64,000 nucleotides of DNA from Sedimentisphaerales bacterium (GTDB lineage: Bacteria > Planctomycetota > Phycisphaerae > Sedimentisphaerales > Anaerobacaceae), in assembly GCA_035448545.1 (NCBI GenBank), contig DAOTJE010000005.1, forward strand, positions 57,878 through 121,877, written 5' to 3'. Shown here in pieces: positions 62,663 to 64,000 of this stretch. A program made the translations under genes and the position numbers. The notes under the pieces are model-generated. The model searched no databases. It was not told the origin of the DNA and saw only the letters and a list, made by a program, of their open reading frames with translations. How positions within the stretch are numbered: position 1 is the stretch's first letter; every line of letters starts with the position of its first letter.

Positions 62663-63312
62663 GCAGGGCGTTCGATCCGTTCCTGTATCTCGTAACAGAC
62701 CGCGCTCTGGCAGGAGCGCGAGGAGTCGCCGAGGTCGTGCGCCTCGCGCTCGACGGGGGTGTAACGCTCGTCCAACTGCGCGAGAAAACGCTGGCCCATG
62801 AGCCGTTCGTCGAGCAAGCGTGCGTACTGCGGGAGATTTGCCACGCACGAGGTGTGCCGCTGATCGTCAACGACGACATTGCGGTGGCGCGGCAAGCGAA
62901 CGCCGACGGTGTTCACCTGGGCCAGTCGGATACATCCGTCGAAGAGGCCCGCGAGACGCTGGGTCCCGACGCGATCATCGGCCTGTCCGTCGAGAGCATC
63001 GAGCAGGCGCGGACCGCCGCGAGGCTGGACATCGACTATGTGGCGGTCAGTCCGGTCTTCGCGACGCCGACCAAGACCGACACGGCGGCGCCGCTGGGCC
63101 TCGAGGGCGTACGAGCGATTCGCAGGTTGACGGACAAGCCCCTGGTGGCGATCGGAGGCATCAACATCGCAAATGCGGCGGACGTTCTTCAAGCCGGCGC
63201 CGACGGCCTGGCCGTGATCTCGGCGATCATGGCCGCCGCCGACCCGTGCCAGGCCGCGCGTGCCTTCCGCCGTCTCCGTTCAGCTCTCATCGGTTGTGAA
63301 CGTGGCCGGTGA
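62659..63312 (+). CDS. thiE: Thiamine-phosphate synthase
   Basis: 217 aa. ATGA overlap with thiM. YLVTD, VQLREK, IVNDDIAVA, GVHLGQSD, VSPVFATPTK, VAIGGI. Confidence 0.9.
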   Translation: MSRAFDPFLYLVTDRALAGARGVAEVVRLALDGGVTLVQLREKTLAHEPFVEQACVLREICHARGVPLIVNDDIAVARQANADGVHLGQSDTSVEEARETLGPDAIIGLSVESIEQARTAARLDIDYVAVSPVFATPTKTDTAAPLGLEGVRAIRRLTDKPLVAIGGINIANAADVLQAGADGLAVISAIMAAADPCQAARAFRRLRSALIGCERGR

Positions 63313-63471
63313 GAAGGAGGAACCCGACCCGCCGGCGATCCTGCGCCGCTGCATCACGCGGAAAGCCTGCGTGTATGCTTTGCCCGCGCGATCACGGTCG
63401 GGCCAAAGCGGTCTTGCTCGCGGGCGGCATTTGTGGCATCATAGAGATTGTCCGATTGAAGAGAGTGATCG

Positions 63472-64000
63472 ATGGAATCGAAGCCGGACTGTACCCGATT
63501 TGCCCCGGCCGCGCGGGCCGTGGCCACGGAGGTCGACCGGCAGTCTCGCCTGTTCAGCGAACGCATGCTGCTGCTGCGCGTGCTGCCGGAAGTGGTGCCG
63601 TGCGCGCTGCTCGTGCTCAACGCCCAGCGGCAGATCGTCTTCGCCAACGAACGCTTCATGGACCTGGTCTACCCGGACAAGCAGAGAGACGACGTCTACG
63701 GACTCCGTCCGGGCGAGGCGCTGGGCTGCATTCATGCCTCCAAAGACCCGGGCGGCTGCGGGGTCACGGAGTTCTGCAGCACGTGCGGCGCCGTCGGGGC
63801 CATTCTAGCCAGCCAGCAGGGCGACGCCGACGTTCGCGAGTGCCGCATCCTTCGCGGCAAAACGCACGAAGCCCTCGATTTGCGGGTCTGGGCCAGTCCG
63901 GTGGAAGTGGAGGGCGAGCGGTTTTCGGTCTTTGCGGCTCTGGATATCAGTCACGAGAAGCGACGGCAGGCGCTCGAACGCATCTTCCTGCACGACATCC
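63472..64000 (+). CDS. Sensor histidine kinase, 5' partial (PAS-like sensor with four-Cys motif; runs off the window)
   Basis: My own translation from the ATG at 63472 (open to the window end, absent from the ORF track). MESKPD...LVLNAQRQIVFANERFMDL...RPGEALGCIHASKDPGGCGVTEFCSTCGAVGAIL...FAALDISHEKRRQALERIFLHDI. The last segment is the start of a HisKA H-box. Confidence 0.6.
   Translation, partial: MESKPDCTRFAPAARAVATEVDRQSRLFSERMLLLRVLPEVVPCALLVLNAQRQIVFANERFMDLVYPDKQRDDVYGLRPGEALGCIHASKDPGGCGVTEFCSTCGAVGAILASQQGDADVRECRILRGKTHEALDLRVWASPVEVEGERFSVFAALDISHEKRRQALERIFLHDI

Overview
Visibly GC-rich bacterial chromosome (GC not computed). The gene content suggests the PVC superphylum, possibly Planctomycetota; this is inference only. 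By eye I found no rRNA, tRNA or CRISPR array. Most of the window is housekeeping: sppA, guaB-guaA, pckG, pyrF, ubiE/menG, murD, an Nfu-type NifU, uvrA, nfi, clpB and thiM-thiE. Three larger co-directional blocks stand out. (1) 22.9-33.0 kb, minus strand: a seven-gene sugar-acid-type cluster (OYE/GltD-fused flavoprotein, SDR, KDPG-aldolase-like, secreted BNR-4-like protein, large FAD protein, KdgK-like kinase, MtnA-like isomerase). (2) 39.2-49.5 kb: an expanded MoxR/DUF58/Bat operon. (3) 49.9-57.2 kb: a chemosensory operon cheY-cheX-(CheX-like/CBS fusion)-cheA-cheR-cheD-cheB with no cheW or MCP gene. The features not explained by genes are: (a) two 238-bp, about 97.5 % identical MITE copies, each with its own perfect 9-bp target-site duplication; (b) at least six imperfectly palindromic repeat elements with short-period low-complexity arms around a GC-rich hairpin, five of which sit in intercistronic gaps of operons; (c) two patches of visibly lower GC and atypical codon usage. 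One patch (8.2-10.3 kb) holds an orphan lipoprotein and a frameshifted SNF2-helicase remnant. The other (36.3-37.2 kb) holds a small-ORF / 162-aa / small-ORF cassette translationally coupled to nfi. Other candidates are a 15-Cys membrane-anchored protein, an NRAMP-fold transporter lacking the canonical metal-site residues, and a sensor kinase with a four-Cys PAS-like domain. All family assignments come from motif recognition by eye and memory; no database search was run. Many long ORFs antisense to real genes are GC artefacts and are not reported.
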